NCBI GenBank assembly: GCA_964016885.1
Contig: OZ024741.1
Coordinates: 360,654,001-360,718,000 of the forward strand
DNA from: Eledone cirrhosa
Lineage: Eukaryota
Direction of reading: 5' to 3'
Length of the DNA: 64,000 nucleotides
Shown here: in pieces, positions 21,727 through 41,063 of the stretch
Position numbering within the stretch: position 1 is the first letter of the stretch
Layout: each line of letters starts with the position of its first letter
Notes under the pieces: generated by a model
What the model was told of the DNA's origin: nothing
The model's input: only the letters and a program-made list of their open reading frames with translations
Database searches by the model: none
Made by a program: the position numbers and the translations under genes

Positions 21727-23689
21727 ATGCTGAAAGCCTCTGGAACGGTGGGACACACCATGGTCACCCGGATAGTAAACCAAGTCATACAGAATGGGGT
21801 TGTTCCGAAGGACTGGCGTAGCAGCATCATCATTAACTGCTACAAGGGTAAAGGAGACGCCCTAGATAGGAGTAACTATAGAGGCATTAAATTAATCGAC
21901 CAGGTCATGAAGGTCACGGAAAAAGTAATAGTGCAACTAATCAGAGAGAGAATCGATCTAGATGAAATGCAGTTCGGGTTTGTGTCAGGCAAAAGTACCA
22001 CAGACGCTTTTTTCATTGTACGACAACTACAGGAGAAGTACCTAGCTAAAAGTAAATCCCTATACTTAGCTTTTGTCGACTTGGAGAAAGCCTTCGACAG
22101 AGTCCCCCATTCATTATCTGGTGGGCTCTTAGAAAACTAGGCGTTGATGAATGGCTTGTGAGAGCTATACAAGCCATGTATAAAGAAACAGTCAGCAAGG
22201 TTAGAATTAACAACGAATATAGTGAAGAGTTTAGCGTAAAAGTTGGTGTTCATCAGGGCTCTGTTCTTAGCCCCCTACTATTTATTATTGCCCTTCAGGC
22301 TATAACAGTGGAGTTCAAGACCGGCTGCCCATGGGAACTCCTATACGCAGATGATCTAACGCTAATAGCTGAATCAATGACCGAACTAGAGAAGAAATTC
22401 CAAACATGGAAGCACGGCCTAGAATCAAAAGGCCTTAAAATTAACCTGGCTAAGACTAAAGTTCTAGTTTGTAGGAAAGAAAATAAGGTGCCGGTCCCTT
22501 CCGGGAAATGGCCATGCTCAGTGTGTAGGAAAGGCGTAGGTACAAACTCCATTTTATGTCCCAAATGCAAAGTATGGGTGGATAAAAGATGTAGTGGGAT
22601 CATAGGTAAGCTAACTAAGAACGTAGATTTTAGATGTGGCAGGTGCTCTGGTGCAATAAGTAGCAGCAAGTGCCCACAAAATACTAGCTCTTTCATTGCG
22701 CAGAGGGTTCTATAGAAGTAGTAGACAGCTTCCGTTACCTGGGTGACAAAATCAGCAGTGGGGGAGGGGTGCCCTGAAAGTACAGTAGCTAGAGTCAGAA
22801 CTGGATGGAAAAAGTTCAGAGAGCTTATACCACTATTAGCCGCTAAAGGGTTCTCCCTAAAAATGAAAGGCAGGCTGTATGATGCCTGCATATGAACAGC
22901 AATGTTGTATGGCAGTGAGACCTGGGTATTGTGTGCAGAGGATATACGCAGACTAGAGAGGAACGAAGCTTGCATGCTCCGCTGGATGTGTAATAGTAAT
23001 ATACGCGAACGGCAAAGCATAAACGAACTAAAGGAAAAATTAGAAATAAGAGGGATCAGATGCGGTTTACTCGAGAGAAGGCTATGTTGGTATGGTCACG
23101 TGATGCACATGAAAGACGACAGCTGTATAAAAAAGTGCAGGGCAATAAAGATAGACGATAGCCACGGAGTAGGCAGACCCAGAAAAACCTAGGACGACCT
23201 GATAAACTCCGACCTCACACACTTACACCTCTCCAAGACAATGTCACTGGACCGAGATCTTTGGCGGCACTCAGTAATAGAGAAGACCCGCCTTACCTAA
23301 ATACAAAGTAAAACCTACTACAGTCAGTAGGCATCTCTAACAAAATACACCCCCGTCCCACCACCCCCACCCCATTCACACCACCCCTTTCAATGTAAAG
23401 TTATGTTGGTGCCACAACATCCAGACCGAAACAAATGAGATCGTGTAGGTGTCACGACAAAAAAACACACAGTCCACGCTGTAATGTGGCCGTGTAGGCA
23501 ACACGGTAAAAACCTCCCAGTCCCACACTGTAAATGTGGTTGGTGTTAGGAAGGGCATCCAGCTGGTAGAAAACCCGCCAGACAGTCCTATGCGAGCAAG
23601 ACAACCACTCTTGCCTCAAGTGGGAAAACTCCCGTCCAAACACATGCAAGCGTGGAACATGGACGTTAAACGATGATGATGATGATGAT
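21727..23689 (+). mobile_element. RTE LINE family A, 5'-truncated, frameshifted
   Basis: ORF pieces 21727-23192 with RT motifs; family A 3' UTR; (GAT)n. Confidence 0.95.
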
Positions 23690-23838
23690 ATACATACACA
23701 TATATATATACATACATACATATATATATACATACATACATATATATATACATACATACATACATACAATATATATATATATATTATACGTACATACATA
23801 TATAATACATATACATACATACATACATATATATATAT

Positions 23839-23881
<43 letters not shown>

Positions 23882-23926
23882 CATACATATATATATATAT
23901 ATATACATACATATATATATATATAT

Positions 23927-23965
<39 letters not shown>

Positions 23966-23990
23966 CAGACATATATATATATATATATAT

Positions 23991-24021
<31 letters not shown>

Positions 24022-24198
24022 CATACATACATATATATATACATACATACATACATACATATATATATACATACATACATACATACATATATATATACAT
24101 ACATACATATATATATACATACATACATACATACATATATATATACATACATACATACATACATATATATATACATACATACATTTATATATACATAC

Positions 24199-24229
<31 letters not shown>

Positions 24230-24431
24230 CATACATATATATATATATATATACATACATACATACATATATATATATACATACATACATACATATATAT
24301 ATATATACATACATACATACATATATATATATACATACATACATATATATATATACATACATACATATATATATATACATACATACATACCATACATATA
24401 CATACATACATATACATACATACATATATAT

Positions 24432-24464
<33 letters not shown>

Positions 24465-24814
24465 CATACATACATATATATATATATACATACATACATA
24501 CATATATATATATACATACATACGTATATATATATATTATACATACATATATATATATATTATATATACATACATACATATATATATATATACATACATA
24601 CATATATATATATACATACATATATATATATATATTATACATACATACATACATATATATATACATACATACATACATATATATATACATACATACATAT
24701 ATATATATATACATACATACATACATATATATATATATATACATACATACATATATATATATACATACATACATACATATATATATATATACATACATAC
24801 ATATATATATATAT

Positions 24815-24845
<31 letters not shown>

Positions 24846-24980
24846 CATACATACATACATATATATATATATACATACATACATACATATATATATATAT
24901 ACATACATATATACATATATATATATATACATACATACATATATATATATATATACATACATACATATATATATATATAC

Positions 24981-25054
<74 letters not shown>
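23690..25054. repeat. (TACA)n/(TA)n array, ~1.4 kb
   Basis: Seen directly. Confidence 0.95.
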
Positions 25055-25058
<4 letters not shown>

Positions 25059-26875
25059 ACTATAGAGGCATTAAATTAATCGACCAGGTCATGAAGGTCA
25101 CGGAAAAAGTAATAGCGCAACTAATCAGAGAGAGAATTGATCTAGATGAAATGCAGTTCAGGTTTGTGTCAGGCAAAAGTACCACAGACGCTCTTTTCAT
25201 TGTACGACAACTACAGGAGAAGTACCTAGCTAAAAGTAAACCCCTATACCTAGCCTTCGTCGACTTGGAGAAAGCCTTCGACAGAGTCCCCCGTTCCATT
25301 ATCTGGTGGTCTCTTAGAAAACTAGGTGTTGACGAATGGCTTGTGAGAGCTATACAAGCCATGTATAAAGAAACAGTCAGTAAGGTTAGAATTAACAACG
25401 AATATAGTGAAGAGTTTAGCGTAAAAGTTGGTGTCCATCAGGCTCTGTTCTTAGCCCCCTACTATTTATTATTGCCCTTCAGGCTATAACAGAGGAGTTC
25501 AAGACTGGCTGCCCATGGGAACTCCTATACGCAGATGATCTAACGCTCATAGCTGAATCAATGACCGAACTAGAGAAGAAATTCCAAACATGGAAGCACG
25601 GCCTAGAATCAAAAGGCCTTAAAATTAACCTGGCTAAGACTAAAGTTCTAGTTTGTAGGAAAGAAAATAAGGCGGCAGTCCTATCTGGGAAATGGCCATG
25701 CTCAGTGTGTAGGAAAGGCGTAGGTAGAAACTCCATTTTATGTCCCAAATGCAGATTATGGGTGCATAAAAGATGTAGTGGGATCACAGGTAAGCTAACT
25801 AAGAACATAGATTTTACATGTGGCCGGTGCTCTGGTGCAATAAGTAGCAGCAAGTGCCCACAAAATACTAGCTCCTTCAACTGCACAGAGGGTTCTATAG
25901 AAATAGTGGACAGCTTCCGTTACCTGGGTGACAAAATCAGCAGTGGGGGAGGGTGCCCTGAAAGTACAGTAGCTAGAGTCAGAACTGGATGGAAAAAGTT
26001 CAGAGAGCTTATACCACTATTAGCCGCTAGAGGGTTCTCCCTAAAAATGAAAGGCAGGTTATACGATGCCTGCATACGAACAGCAATGCTGCATGGCAGT
26101 GAGACCTGGCCATTGTGTGCAGAGGATATACGCAGACTAGAGAGGAACGAAGCTTGCATGCTCCGCTGGATGTGCAATAGTAATATACGTGAACGGCTAA
26201 GCATAGACGAACTAAGGAAAAAATTAGAAATAAGAGGGATCAGATGTTGTTTACTCGAGAGAAGGCTACGTTGGTACGGTCATGTGATGCGCATGAAAGT
26301 CGATAGCTGTATAACAAAGTGCAGGGCAATAAAGATAGACGGTAGCCACGGAATAGGCAGACCTAGAAAAACCTGGGACGAGCTGATAAACTCCAACCTC
26401 ACACACTTACACCTCTCCAAGACAATGTCACTGGACCGAGACCTTTGGCGGTACTCAGTAATAGAGAAGACCCGCCTTACCTAAATACATAGTAAAACCT
26501 ACTACAGTCAGTAGGCATCTCTAACAAAATACACCCCCGTCCCACCACCCCCACCCCATCCACACCACCCCCTTCTATGTAAAGTTATGTTGGTGCCACA
26601 CCATCCAGGCCGAAACAAATGAGATCGTGTAGGTGTCACGACAAAAAAACACACAGTCCACGCTGTAATGTGACCGTGTAGGCAACACGGTAAAAACCTC
26701 CCAGCCCCACACTGTAAATGTGGTTGGTGTTAGGAAGGGCATCCAGCTGTAGAAAACCTGCCAGACAGTCCTATGCGAGCAAGACAATCACTCTTGTCTC
26801 AAGTGGGAAAACCCCCGTCCAAACCCATGCAAGCGTGGAACACGGACGTTAAACGTTGATGATGATGATGATGAT
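25055..26875 (+). mobile_element. RTE LINE family A, 5'-truncated
   Basis: SNYRGIKL to EKTRLT*, one frameshift near 25440; tail. Confidence 0.95.
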
Positions 26876-26950
26876 ATACATATATATATATATGTTATAG
26901 AATGCTGTTAGCTTCTCGCTAAAACAATCTCTATACCTCTCATTTATATA

Positions 26951-26986
<36 letters not shown>

Positions 26987-26991
26987 CATAC

Positions 26992-27022
<31 letters not shown>

Positions 27023-27049
27023 CATATATATATACATATATATATATAC

Positions 27050-27080
<31 letters not shown>

Positions 27081-27274
27081 CATATATATATATACATATA
27101 TATATATATACATATATATATATACAGTATTTTCCGTTGTGTTGTAATATAAATATTACACACAGTAGATTATCAGCTCACGTAGAGTTTGCTCGACGGT
27201 TCCAGTTGTAGTTCCAAAAGTAATCCGGAGAAAAATAGAAAGATTTGAATGGATACAGTTTAGTTGAAAGGAAT

Positions 27275-27394
27275 TTATTGACACGTGTTTCTATAACAGT
27301 TACATAACCTAAAACAGCTGCTATCTACAAACTTTTAGTTATGCAGACATTCAATATTTCAATGTTATTATTTACTGTCATTTCATCAGAATAA
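27275..27394 (-). ncRNA. Hammerhead motif in left PLE arm
   Basis: Reverse complement of 30907-31025. Confidence 0.7.
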
Positions 27395-27946
27395 TATTAC
27401 TGAGGACCTATTTAGTTTTTATAGAGAATATTAGGAGGGAGGGGTGAAGTTGTTAGAAGAATAGTTGAAGGAGTGGTTTTTCGATAGCAGTGAGAATTCT
27501 TGGTGGCAGTGAGTAATTAGATTCCCATCTGTTGTTTTGACATTTTTTATAGAATATATTATTGGTTATTTTTCTAAATCTATAGAAGGATTAGAGATAG
27601 TAAAGATATGCGTGGTTGGTTTTGTGTTTGCACTTAATTAACATTCAGACTTAAATTTTTCTTTCAAGTGTACGTATCCTTTCACCCACGCATTCATACA
27701 CACATATATTTGCACACCTCTACAAAATACATATACTCACAATTCACATATTCATACTTACATATATATATACACATGCATACACATATATATACACACA
27801 TGTATTCATGTACATACATACGCGCTCATGTGTATACATTTTCATACTCAACTTATCTTTATATACACACGTATAGACATACACATATATACATACATAC
27901 TCTAGTTCATGTGTACACACATACACATACATACACATCTATATAC

Positions 27947-28075
<129 letters not shown>

Positions 28076-30249
28076 CACTTTAATACATGAATACACTTAC
28101 ATCTAACTATACACATCAAACATATATATATATTTACTTATTTATATACATTTTCACATATATATACATACTTATGGACGTTTTTAGACACATTCATTAT
28201 CGCATATTTGCACCTATTCTCATCAGCATATCTTTCCATTATTAGTGTGGTAATTTAAGGTTATTAATATATGTTGAGAAGAGATTGTTTTTATATTTTT
28301 CTAACTAGATTAAGGTTTATATAGTTGGGGGATGTCCCTCTTTTATGTAATATTCGGCTTGTAGTGGGAAAAAAGGGTTTTAGTTCTGTGACGGCAGAAT
28401 AATGTTCGTTCAATTCTGTTATTCAGCAGTTTCTTCTTGTGTGTGATTATGTAATAAATCTCAAGATTACACAATTTGCAGAAATTTTGGCTCCTGGAAA
28501 AGCTTTGAGTTTTAGCTAATTTTTCCCATTTTAGGGTAAACTTTTGATCGCTATCCCTGAGCGTCCAAGCTTTTTCTGCTAAAGTTGTTACATTTCTTTG
28601 GCTCTGGTGTTTTATTGAGTAAGAATGCCTATACAATCGAGATTTAAACGATGTTGCCGTTGATCCCACGTAATACCACTCGTTGCCTCCGGATTTAATG
28701 GTACACTTATAAATAATATTTTTTTCCAGGCAGTTATTGCCGAAGGGGCAGTTGTCAGGATAGGTGCAGTTACAGTTGTGTACGTTGGGTTTTCTCTGGA
28801 GTAGTATTGCGGACGAACTTAGGTGTGGTTTATTTATGTTCTGTAGTGTATTGTCTACTGTTTTTTTTTTGTGTTCTTTGTACTTAAGTTCTTAGTGTTT
28901 TCGTTTAACCTTCTAGTATTGATCTTTTTTATGTGTTGTTCAAGGTTTAACGCTGTAGAGTATGACAGTCTTATAGTGGTAGGGTTTAGGATTTTGTGGT
29001 ATTTGTGTGATGTGGGAAAATGTCTTTTAATTATTTTAAAGAAGAGTAGTGGTAAATTTGTACTAATGGAACTATTGTATTCGGGGTTATACCATAAGTA
29101 CTCTTTGCATCGCTTTCTATTAGTTTTGTTTGTTGGTTTACTGGTGTGCATACTATGGTAGTAAGTGTGGTTTGGTGTTGTGTTATTATATCTACCTATG
29201 TGGGATTTATTTTGGGTGTTTTGATTGTTCCCATCTATGTACTCTATTTTGTTGAGGTAGCCTGCTTTACTAAGGGCGTTATCGTAGTACTCGGCGTGTT
29301 TCTTAAATACTTGTATGTTAGAAGATAGACCCGAGATTCGAAGGGAAATATTTTTAGGGATAGATTTAATTATAGAGATGGGGTGGTTAGACCCAACATT
29401 TACGTATTTGAGATTTTCATTCAATTTATGAAACGGTTTAATCAAACCAGAGTTTAAATTGAGTGTGACATCCAGGAAGTTAACTACTTTAAGGTTGTAT
29501 TCATACGTTATAGTTAGTCCTATTTCGAGTAGTAGTTTTCTTATATCTTTGCGTAGTTTTTCTAGTTTTTGGTTATTAAGGTTTTTAGCTAGGAGGAGAA
29601 CATCGTCGCGGTATATTCCGCCGTGGAGATTGCTGAATTTTTCCTGGAGTCTAAAGGCGATAAATAACCCCACAATATCAGTTATTTCCGCCGAATCGTT
29701 AGAGCCCATCATTGTTATGTCAAAGTTAGAGGGTCTATCTTTACGTACCCAATAACTGTTCTCAAATTTGACTATAGTTTTCCTAGCTTCTAATATAATC
29801 TTAATTTCATCGTTTGTAAGGTCAGAGTTATCCTTAGCAAACTTAATGGCTCTATTCAAAGTTTCAGATTTATTACATAATCACACACAAGAAGAAACTG
29901 CTGAATAACAGAATTGAACGAACATTATTCTGCCGTCACAGAACTAAACCCTTTTTTCCCACTACAAGCCGAATATTACATAAAAGAGGGACATCCCCCA
30001 ACTATATAAACCTTAATCTAGTTAGAAAAATATAAAACAATCTCTTCTCAACATATATTAATAACCTTAAATTACCACACTAATAATGGAAAGATATGCT
30101 GATGAGAATAGGTGCAAATATGCGATAATGAATGTGTCTAAAAACGTCCATAAGTATGTATATATATGTGAAAATGTATATAAATAAGTAAATATATATA
30201 TATGTTTGATGTGTATAGTTAGATGTAAGTGTATTCATGTATTAAAGTG

Positions 30250-30340
<91 letters not shown>

Positions 30341-30906
30341 ATGTATGTATGTGTATATAGATGTGTATGTATGTGTATGTGTGTACACATGAACTAGAGT
30401 ATGTATGTATATATGTGTATGTCTATACGTGTGTATATAAAGATAAGTTGAGTATGAAAATGTATACACATGAGCGCGTATGTATGTACATGAATACATG
30501 TGTGTATATATATGTGTATGCATGTGTATATATATATGTAAGTATGAATATGTGAATTGTGAGTATATGTATTTTGTAGAGGTGTGCAAATATATGTGTG
30601 TATGAATGCGTGGGTGAAAGGATAACGTACACTTGAAAGAAAAATTTAAGTCTGAATGTTAATTAAGTGCAAACAACAAAACCAACCACGCATATCATTA
30701 CTATCTCTAATCCTTCTATAGATTTAGAAAAATAACCAATAATATATTCTATAAAAAATGTCAAAACAACAGATGGGAATCTAATTACTCACTGCCACCA
30801 AGAATTCTCACTGCTATCGAAAAACCACTCCTTCAACTATTCTTCTAACAACTTCACCCCTCCCTCCTAATATTCTCTATAAAAACTAAATAGGTCCTCA
30901 GTAATA

Positions 30907-31025
30907 TTATTCTGATGAAATGACAGTAAATAATACATTGAAATATTGAATGTCTGCATAACTAAAAGTTTGTAGATAGCAGCTGTTTTAGGTTATGTAA
31001 CTGTTATAGAAACACGTGTCAATAA
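30907..31025 (+). ncRNA. Hammerhead motif in inverted PLE arm
   Basis: ttatt-CTGATGA-a atgacagt...actgttat a-GAAAC-ACGT-GTC-aataa. Confidence 0.7.
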
Positions 31026-31271
31026 ATTCCTTTCAACTAAACTGTATCCATTCAAATCTTTCTATATATATATATACATATATATATATACATATATATA
31101 TATACATATATATATATACATATATATATACATATATATATATACATATATATATACATATATATATATACATATATATATACATATATATATATACATA
31201 TATATATACATATATATATATACATATATATATACATATATATATATACATATATACATATATATATATAT

Positions 31272-31306
<35 letters not shown>

Positions 31307-31321
31307 CATATATATATACAT

Positions 31322-33167
31322 ATCATCATCATCATCATCATCACCGTTTTACGTCCGTTCTTCCACGCTAGCATGGGTTAGACGGGTTGTCCTGTTGTGG
31401 GCAGTGTCTGGTCGGCTGACCATGCCTTGCTCATACAGGAACTGATCTGGCTTGATTTCTACAGCTGGATGCCCTTCCTAACACCAACCTCATTTACAGT
31501 GAGTGCTGGGTGCTTTTGCTTTTTCGTGGCGCCTACACGTCCACTTTACAGTGTGGGCTGGGTGCTTTTTTGCCGTGGCACCCTCCACGACCACCTTGCG
31601 GTGGGGGGGGGGGGCATATTGTTTATATGCTTCAGCATGTACCCATGGGAGGTCGGGTACCCTGTATTACTGCGTGACGCCAGAAGTCACGGTCGTGTGT
31701 CATTGACTTTGAGAGGTGTAGTTGGGTAAGGTCGGCTTTTATCACCTCATCCCAAGTCATCTTGGGTCTCCCCACTCCGCGGTTTCCATCAACTTCTAGT
31801 GCTCTGCACCTTTTTATGCAGCTGTCATCCTTCATACGCATCACATGTCCATACCAGCGTAACCGCCTCTCCTGCACGCAGCATTTGATTCCTCTTATGC
31901 TCAGTCTCTCTCTCAATTCATTTATGCTTTGTCGTTCACGTATATTACTGTTACACATCCATCGGAGCATGCAGGCTTCGTTTCTCTCTAATCTACGTAA
32001 GTCTTCCACCTTCAGCGCCCAGGTCTCACTACCATGCAACATCGCTGTTCGGATACACGCATCATACAGTCTGCCTTTCATTCTGAGGGAGAAGCCTTTT
32101 GCAGCTAGCAGTGGTAGTAGTTCCCTAAACTTCTTCCATCCCGTTCTTACCCTAGTTATTGTACTTTCTGAGCACCCACCTCCGTTGCTAATTCGGTCAC
32201 CTAGGTAGCAGAAGCTGTCTACTGTTTCTACAGGGCCCTCCCAGAGATTGGTGGTACTTGTTTCCTGTGGCTGTTTGCTTGCTGTTTCAGCACAGCTGCT
32301 GCATGTGAATCCTACATTCTTAATTAAGCTTCCTGAGATCCCGCTACATCTCTTGTGTACCCATTGTTTGCATTTGGGGCAAAGAATGGAGTTCCTACCT
32401 ACACCTTTCCTACATACTGAGCAAGGCCATTTCCCTGAGGGGATCTGGGTTCTGTTTTCTCGTCTACTTATAAGGACCTTAGTCTTTGTCATGTTGACTT
32501 TGAGGCCCTTTCTCTCTAGTCCCTGCTTCCAGGTTTGGAATTTATTCTCTAGTTCTACCATAGATTCAGCTATGAGTGCGAGGTCATCAGCATACAGGAG
32601 TTCCCATGGGCATCCGGTCTTAAACTCCTCCGTTATTGCCTGCAGGACTATGATGAACAGGAGAGGGCTAAGAACAGAGCCCTGGTGGACCCCAACCTGT
32701 ACGCTAAATTCCTCGCTATACTCATTGCCAATCCTAACTTTGCTGACTGCTCCCCTATACATGGCTTGTACCGCTTTCACAAGCCATTCATCTACTCCTA
32801 GTTTTCTAAGAGCCCACCAGATTACTGCACGTGGAACTCTGTCAAAGGCTTTCTCAAGGTCGACAAATGCCAAGTAGAGTGGCTTACTTTTAGCTAGGTA
32901 CTTTTCCTGTAATTGCCTCACAAGGAAGAGCGCATCAGTGGTGCCTTTCCCTGGAACAAACCCAAATTGCATCTCGTCTATATTCACCCGGTCCCTAATC
33001 AGCTGTGCTATAACTCTTTCTGTTACTTTCATGACCTGGTCCATCAACTTTATACCTCTATAGTTTCCTCTATCTAGTGCATCGCCTTTACCTTTGTAGC
33101 AGTTGACAATGATGCTACTGCACCAATCTTTTGGTATGGCCCCCTCTAGTATTACCTGGTTAACGAT
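31322..33167 (-). mobile_element. RTE LINE family B, 5'-truncated, retained ORF open
   Basis: IVNQVI... to [10 protein letters not shown] without stops; last 309 aa identical to 12984-13913. Confidence 0.95.
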
Positions 33168-37261
<4,094 letters not shown>

Positions 37262-38167
37262 GAATACTCCCTTCACTCAAAACATATATACATAGATACA
37301 CACAGATCAATATTCTATTGATTAGAATACACTTCCTGAGAGTTCTTAGTTCTAACAATTTTCATTACTATTTTTTTCCATTTTCTTCCATAGAAGAAAA
37401 AGAAATTGATGTGTTATGAAACTAATTTTTTTTCCTTTTATTCTTTTACTATTTTCAGTCATTAGACTGCGGCCATGCTGCAGTAGTCGCTTGAAGACAG
37501 TTAAACATCATATCAAACTCAGTACTTATATTTTTCCAGCCTGGTACATGCTTTATCAATCACTTTTGTTGAATACTAATATACAGGACATAAATATAGG
37601 CACAAACATACGTACATATGCATATGTACACACATACACACAAACACACACACATATATATATATATATAAGCATCTGCAGTTTATGTCCAGCAAATTCA
37701 CATACAAGGCTATTAATCAAACCAAAACTATAACAGAAGACATTTGTCTGCGGTACCACACAACAGAACATCAACCAAAAACCATATGGCCGTGAAAGCC
37801 TTAACTACACAACCTTTTTGTTTTTTTACTTTTTTTATATTCTTCCATAGAAAAAGGAAAGGAAATCAATGTTGAGTTCTAGAACTAAATATACCAATTT
37901 TTATTGACTTATCCAGTCGACAACAATAATAAAAGTGGCTAATCGAATATAAAAACTGAAACATTTAGCTGAAGGTAGAGATGAGAGTGGGGGAAAAGAA
38001 TACCTTAGAAATTTGTTAAGATAAATAAATTCAAGAAATTATTGGGTAATTGTACAGCAACATTCAGTAAAGAGAAAAACAAAATATAGAATATAAAATG
38101 AATGGCAATTCTTGGTTTTTGTTTTCCCTAAAAAATATTGATATACATACAACAACTACTACTACAA

Positions 38168-38675
38168 TTAATAATAATAATAATAATTGCTTCTACTTTG
38201 GGGCACAAGGCCAGCAATTACCCAGTGCATTACTGGTACTTTATTTTATCGACCCCGTAAGGATGAAAGGCAAAGTTAACCTCGGCAGGATTTGAACTCA
38301 GAATGGCAAGGGCCGTAACTCTATGCGTCAAAGCATGGCACCCGACTCTCTACCGATACTGCCATAATAATGATAATAATGATTTCCGATTTAGGCACAA
38401 GGCCAGCAATTTTTGGGGAGGGAAAAATTGATTAATTTGACCCTAGTGTGTGACTGGTACTTTATTTTATTGACCCCTGTAAGGATGAAAGGCAAAACTA
38501 ACTTCAACGGGATTTGAACTCAGAACACAAAGGGCCGTAACTCAATGCCACAAAGCATCTTCTCCGACAATAATAATAATAATAATTGTTTCTACTTTTG
38601 GCACAAGGCCAGCAATTACCCCAGTGCATTACTGGTGCTTTATTTTATCAACCCCATAAGGATGAAAGGTGGTGG

Positions 38676-38719
<44 letters not shown>

Positions 38720-39030
38720 GTTTCTTTGTCAGTTTTGATGATAAGCACTCAGTTGATTAATCCACTGGACGTCCAGCTTTTTGAGTATTCCACAGGCATG
38801 TATAACATTAATGTAATTCCCATGATGATGATGATGATGATGATTTCTAATGTAGGCAAAGACCAGTAATTTTGGAGGAGTTGGGCAAAGTCAATTAAAT
38901 TAAACCCATTATTTGACTGGTACTTGGAAGTCAACCCTGGAAAATTGAAAGTCAAAGCTGAACTCAGTGGAATTTGAACTGAGAATGTAAAGAACCAGAA
39001 CAAATACTGCATGGTATTTTTTCCAATACT
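38168..39030 (-). mobile_element. Cluster of 3-4 tRNA-derived SINEs (family 2) with (ATT)n tails
   Basis: GAGTTCAAATCC B-box; body GCCTTTCATCCTTACGGGGTCGATAAAATAAAGTACCAGT repeated. Confidence 0.75.
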
Positions 39031-39458
39031 CAAATGATCTTACAAATCCACTGTCTAATGACTGAAGGTCAAGGAAAGATGTAAATATTCAAACTGAAAC
39101 AATGTACAACATGTATATCATCATCATCATCATCACTGCTTTACATCCATTTTTCCATTGCAAACATGGGTTATATAAGTTGTCTTGTTGTGAGCAATGC
39201 CAGGTCAGGTGACCGTGTCTTGCTCATATAAAACACATTTTGGCTTGGTTCTACAGCTGGATGCCCTTCCTAACGCCAACCTCATTAAGAGTGAGTACTG
39301 GGTGCTTTTTTTCGTGACGCCTATACAACCACTTTACATTGTGGACTGGGTGTTTATATATATGCAATCTATAAAGATAGCTTAGTTAAAATTTGGTGAA
39401 GGAACCAAATATTACTTATTCTGTATGTAAAACAAAATGTTATGTAGTATTATTGGAT

Positions 39459-39660
39459 TGGCAGTATCGGTGGAGGGTCGGACGCCATGCTTTCCAGCAT
39501 AGTTACGTCCCTTTACGATCTGAGTTCAAATCCCGCCGAGGTTGACTTTGCCTTTCATCCTTACGGGGTCGATAAAATAAAGTACCAGTAATGCACTGGG
39601 TAATTGCTGGCCTTGTGCCTAACGTAGAAACAATTATTAGTAGTAGTAGTAGTAGTAGTA
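39459..39660 (+). mobile_element. tRNA-derived SINE family 2
   Basis: TGGCAGTATCGG A-box-like, GAGTTCAAATCC, same body and tail; more copies at ~50015-50203(-), ~51480-51560(+), ~56868-57015(+). Confidence 0.8.
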
Positions 39661-39949
39661 AATAAACAAATAATAACAACAACAGCAACAATCCAAAATT
39701 CTTTCCATTTTCTTTCTGGGAAGAGCGCAATCTATTGTTACATCCTGGCAGCTATCCAAAAACATACTCAAAATGTAGCAGATCAATGAAATGTATTGAT
39801 TTTTTTTTTTAAGTTAACTTTCATCAATGCATCTCAAATTGACAGATTATTTTTTTTCCACCCCCTTCAGTAAAAATTTACAAATATTTTGTATCTACTG
39901 AAGAGGAGTTGCGAAGAAGTGTACTGAAACCACTGATGGAGGAATATGT

Positions 39950-40045
39950 AGAAATAAGCTGGCTGAGTTGAAAAGGCTATTTCAATGGGTCTCTCTTGCT
40001 ATCCTCCAGGGTAACGCTTTCACCATTCTCTCCACTAGGACCATG
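39950..40045 (+). mobile_element. Remnant of a restriction-like-endonuclease non-LTR element (CRE-like C-terminus)
   Basis: LFQWVSLAILQGNAFTIL resembles the LxQRLSxAxxRGNAxxIL motif. Confidence 0.5.
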
Positions 40046-40202
40046 AATGAGCTTACACTTGGGATTCTGCATGCCAGTCAGCATTCTCCCACACTGATGA
40101 TGATGATGATGTCCTGACTTGTATCAATGGGGTAGCGATGGTATAGGCTGCTGATATCTATGTTTTTATTTGCACACAACTTAATACCTACCGTATGTAG
40201 TT

Positions 40203-40497
40203 TAAAGTCTAAAGTCTAAAGAATGTCTTAAGCCAGAAGGCTCATTTGGCCAGTGCTTATCCTAGTTTCATGGCGTGAAGCAACTGAGAGTACAAGACTC
40301 CCCCCCCCCCTGGACAGGATGCTAGTCCATCGCAGGGTTAAACCCCCAGCTATTGCTGGTACTCGTTTTCAGCTGAGTATATTGGAGCAAAGTGAAATGA
40401 AGTGTTTTGGTCAAGAACACAACTCGCAACCTACGAATCGAACCCACAACATTATGATCGTAAGTCCAACACCCTTACCACTAGGCCACGTGCCTCC
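40203..40497 (-). mobile_element. tRNA/CORE-like SINE family 3 with (ACTTTAG)n tail
   Basis: GGAGGCACGTGGCCTAGTGG head, GGTTCGATTC B-box, CCCTGCGATGGACTAGCATCC body; second copy 42944-43229. Confidence 0.8.
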
Positions 40498-40769
40498 ACG
40501 TATGTAGTTTACCATATCCTAAGTGGAAGATTATGTTGATATCTATTATGATACATTATGACATCATCGTAATTACTTTAACATCAAATGTTCTTAAAAC
40601 ACCAGTTCATCGGCTTCTCCAGCTAGCTGGCTGAGTTGTTACATTGTCGGACCAAATCACTAGTGATATTTGTCCCAGCCTTCATCTCTCAGTGTTTGTT
40701 TCCATAAACATGAAGATTAATATGAGAATAATTTTGAGAAAATATTGGCCTAGCATGTGTTAACCTCTC

Positions 40770-41063
40770 TAATGCTGCTGCCACAATAAAATGCACCTAG
40801 TACACCTTAGAAAGTGTTAGTGCTGGTACCATAATAAAGTGCACCCAGTCCACTCTGTAAAGTGGCAGAGCTGGTGTAATGAAAAACATACACAGTATAC
40901 TATGTAAGGTGGTTGGCATCAGGAAGGACATCCAGCTGTAGTAACCATGCCAAATATGGAATGTAACAAGCATGATTGGTCACTCTGACCCATCTGGTCT
41001 TAGACTGTGGCAACCTGTCCAACACGTGTCAGCATGAAAAGTGGACATAAAATGATGATGATG
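40770..41063 (+). mobile_element. Non-coding bipartite RTE derivative (module + RTE tail)
   Basis: Three degenerate GGTGCCAC..AAAAGCACCCAG units, AGGAAGGACATCCAGC, RTE-type tail with (GAT)n. Confidence 0.6.
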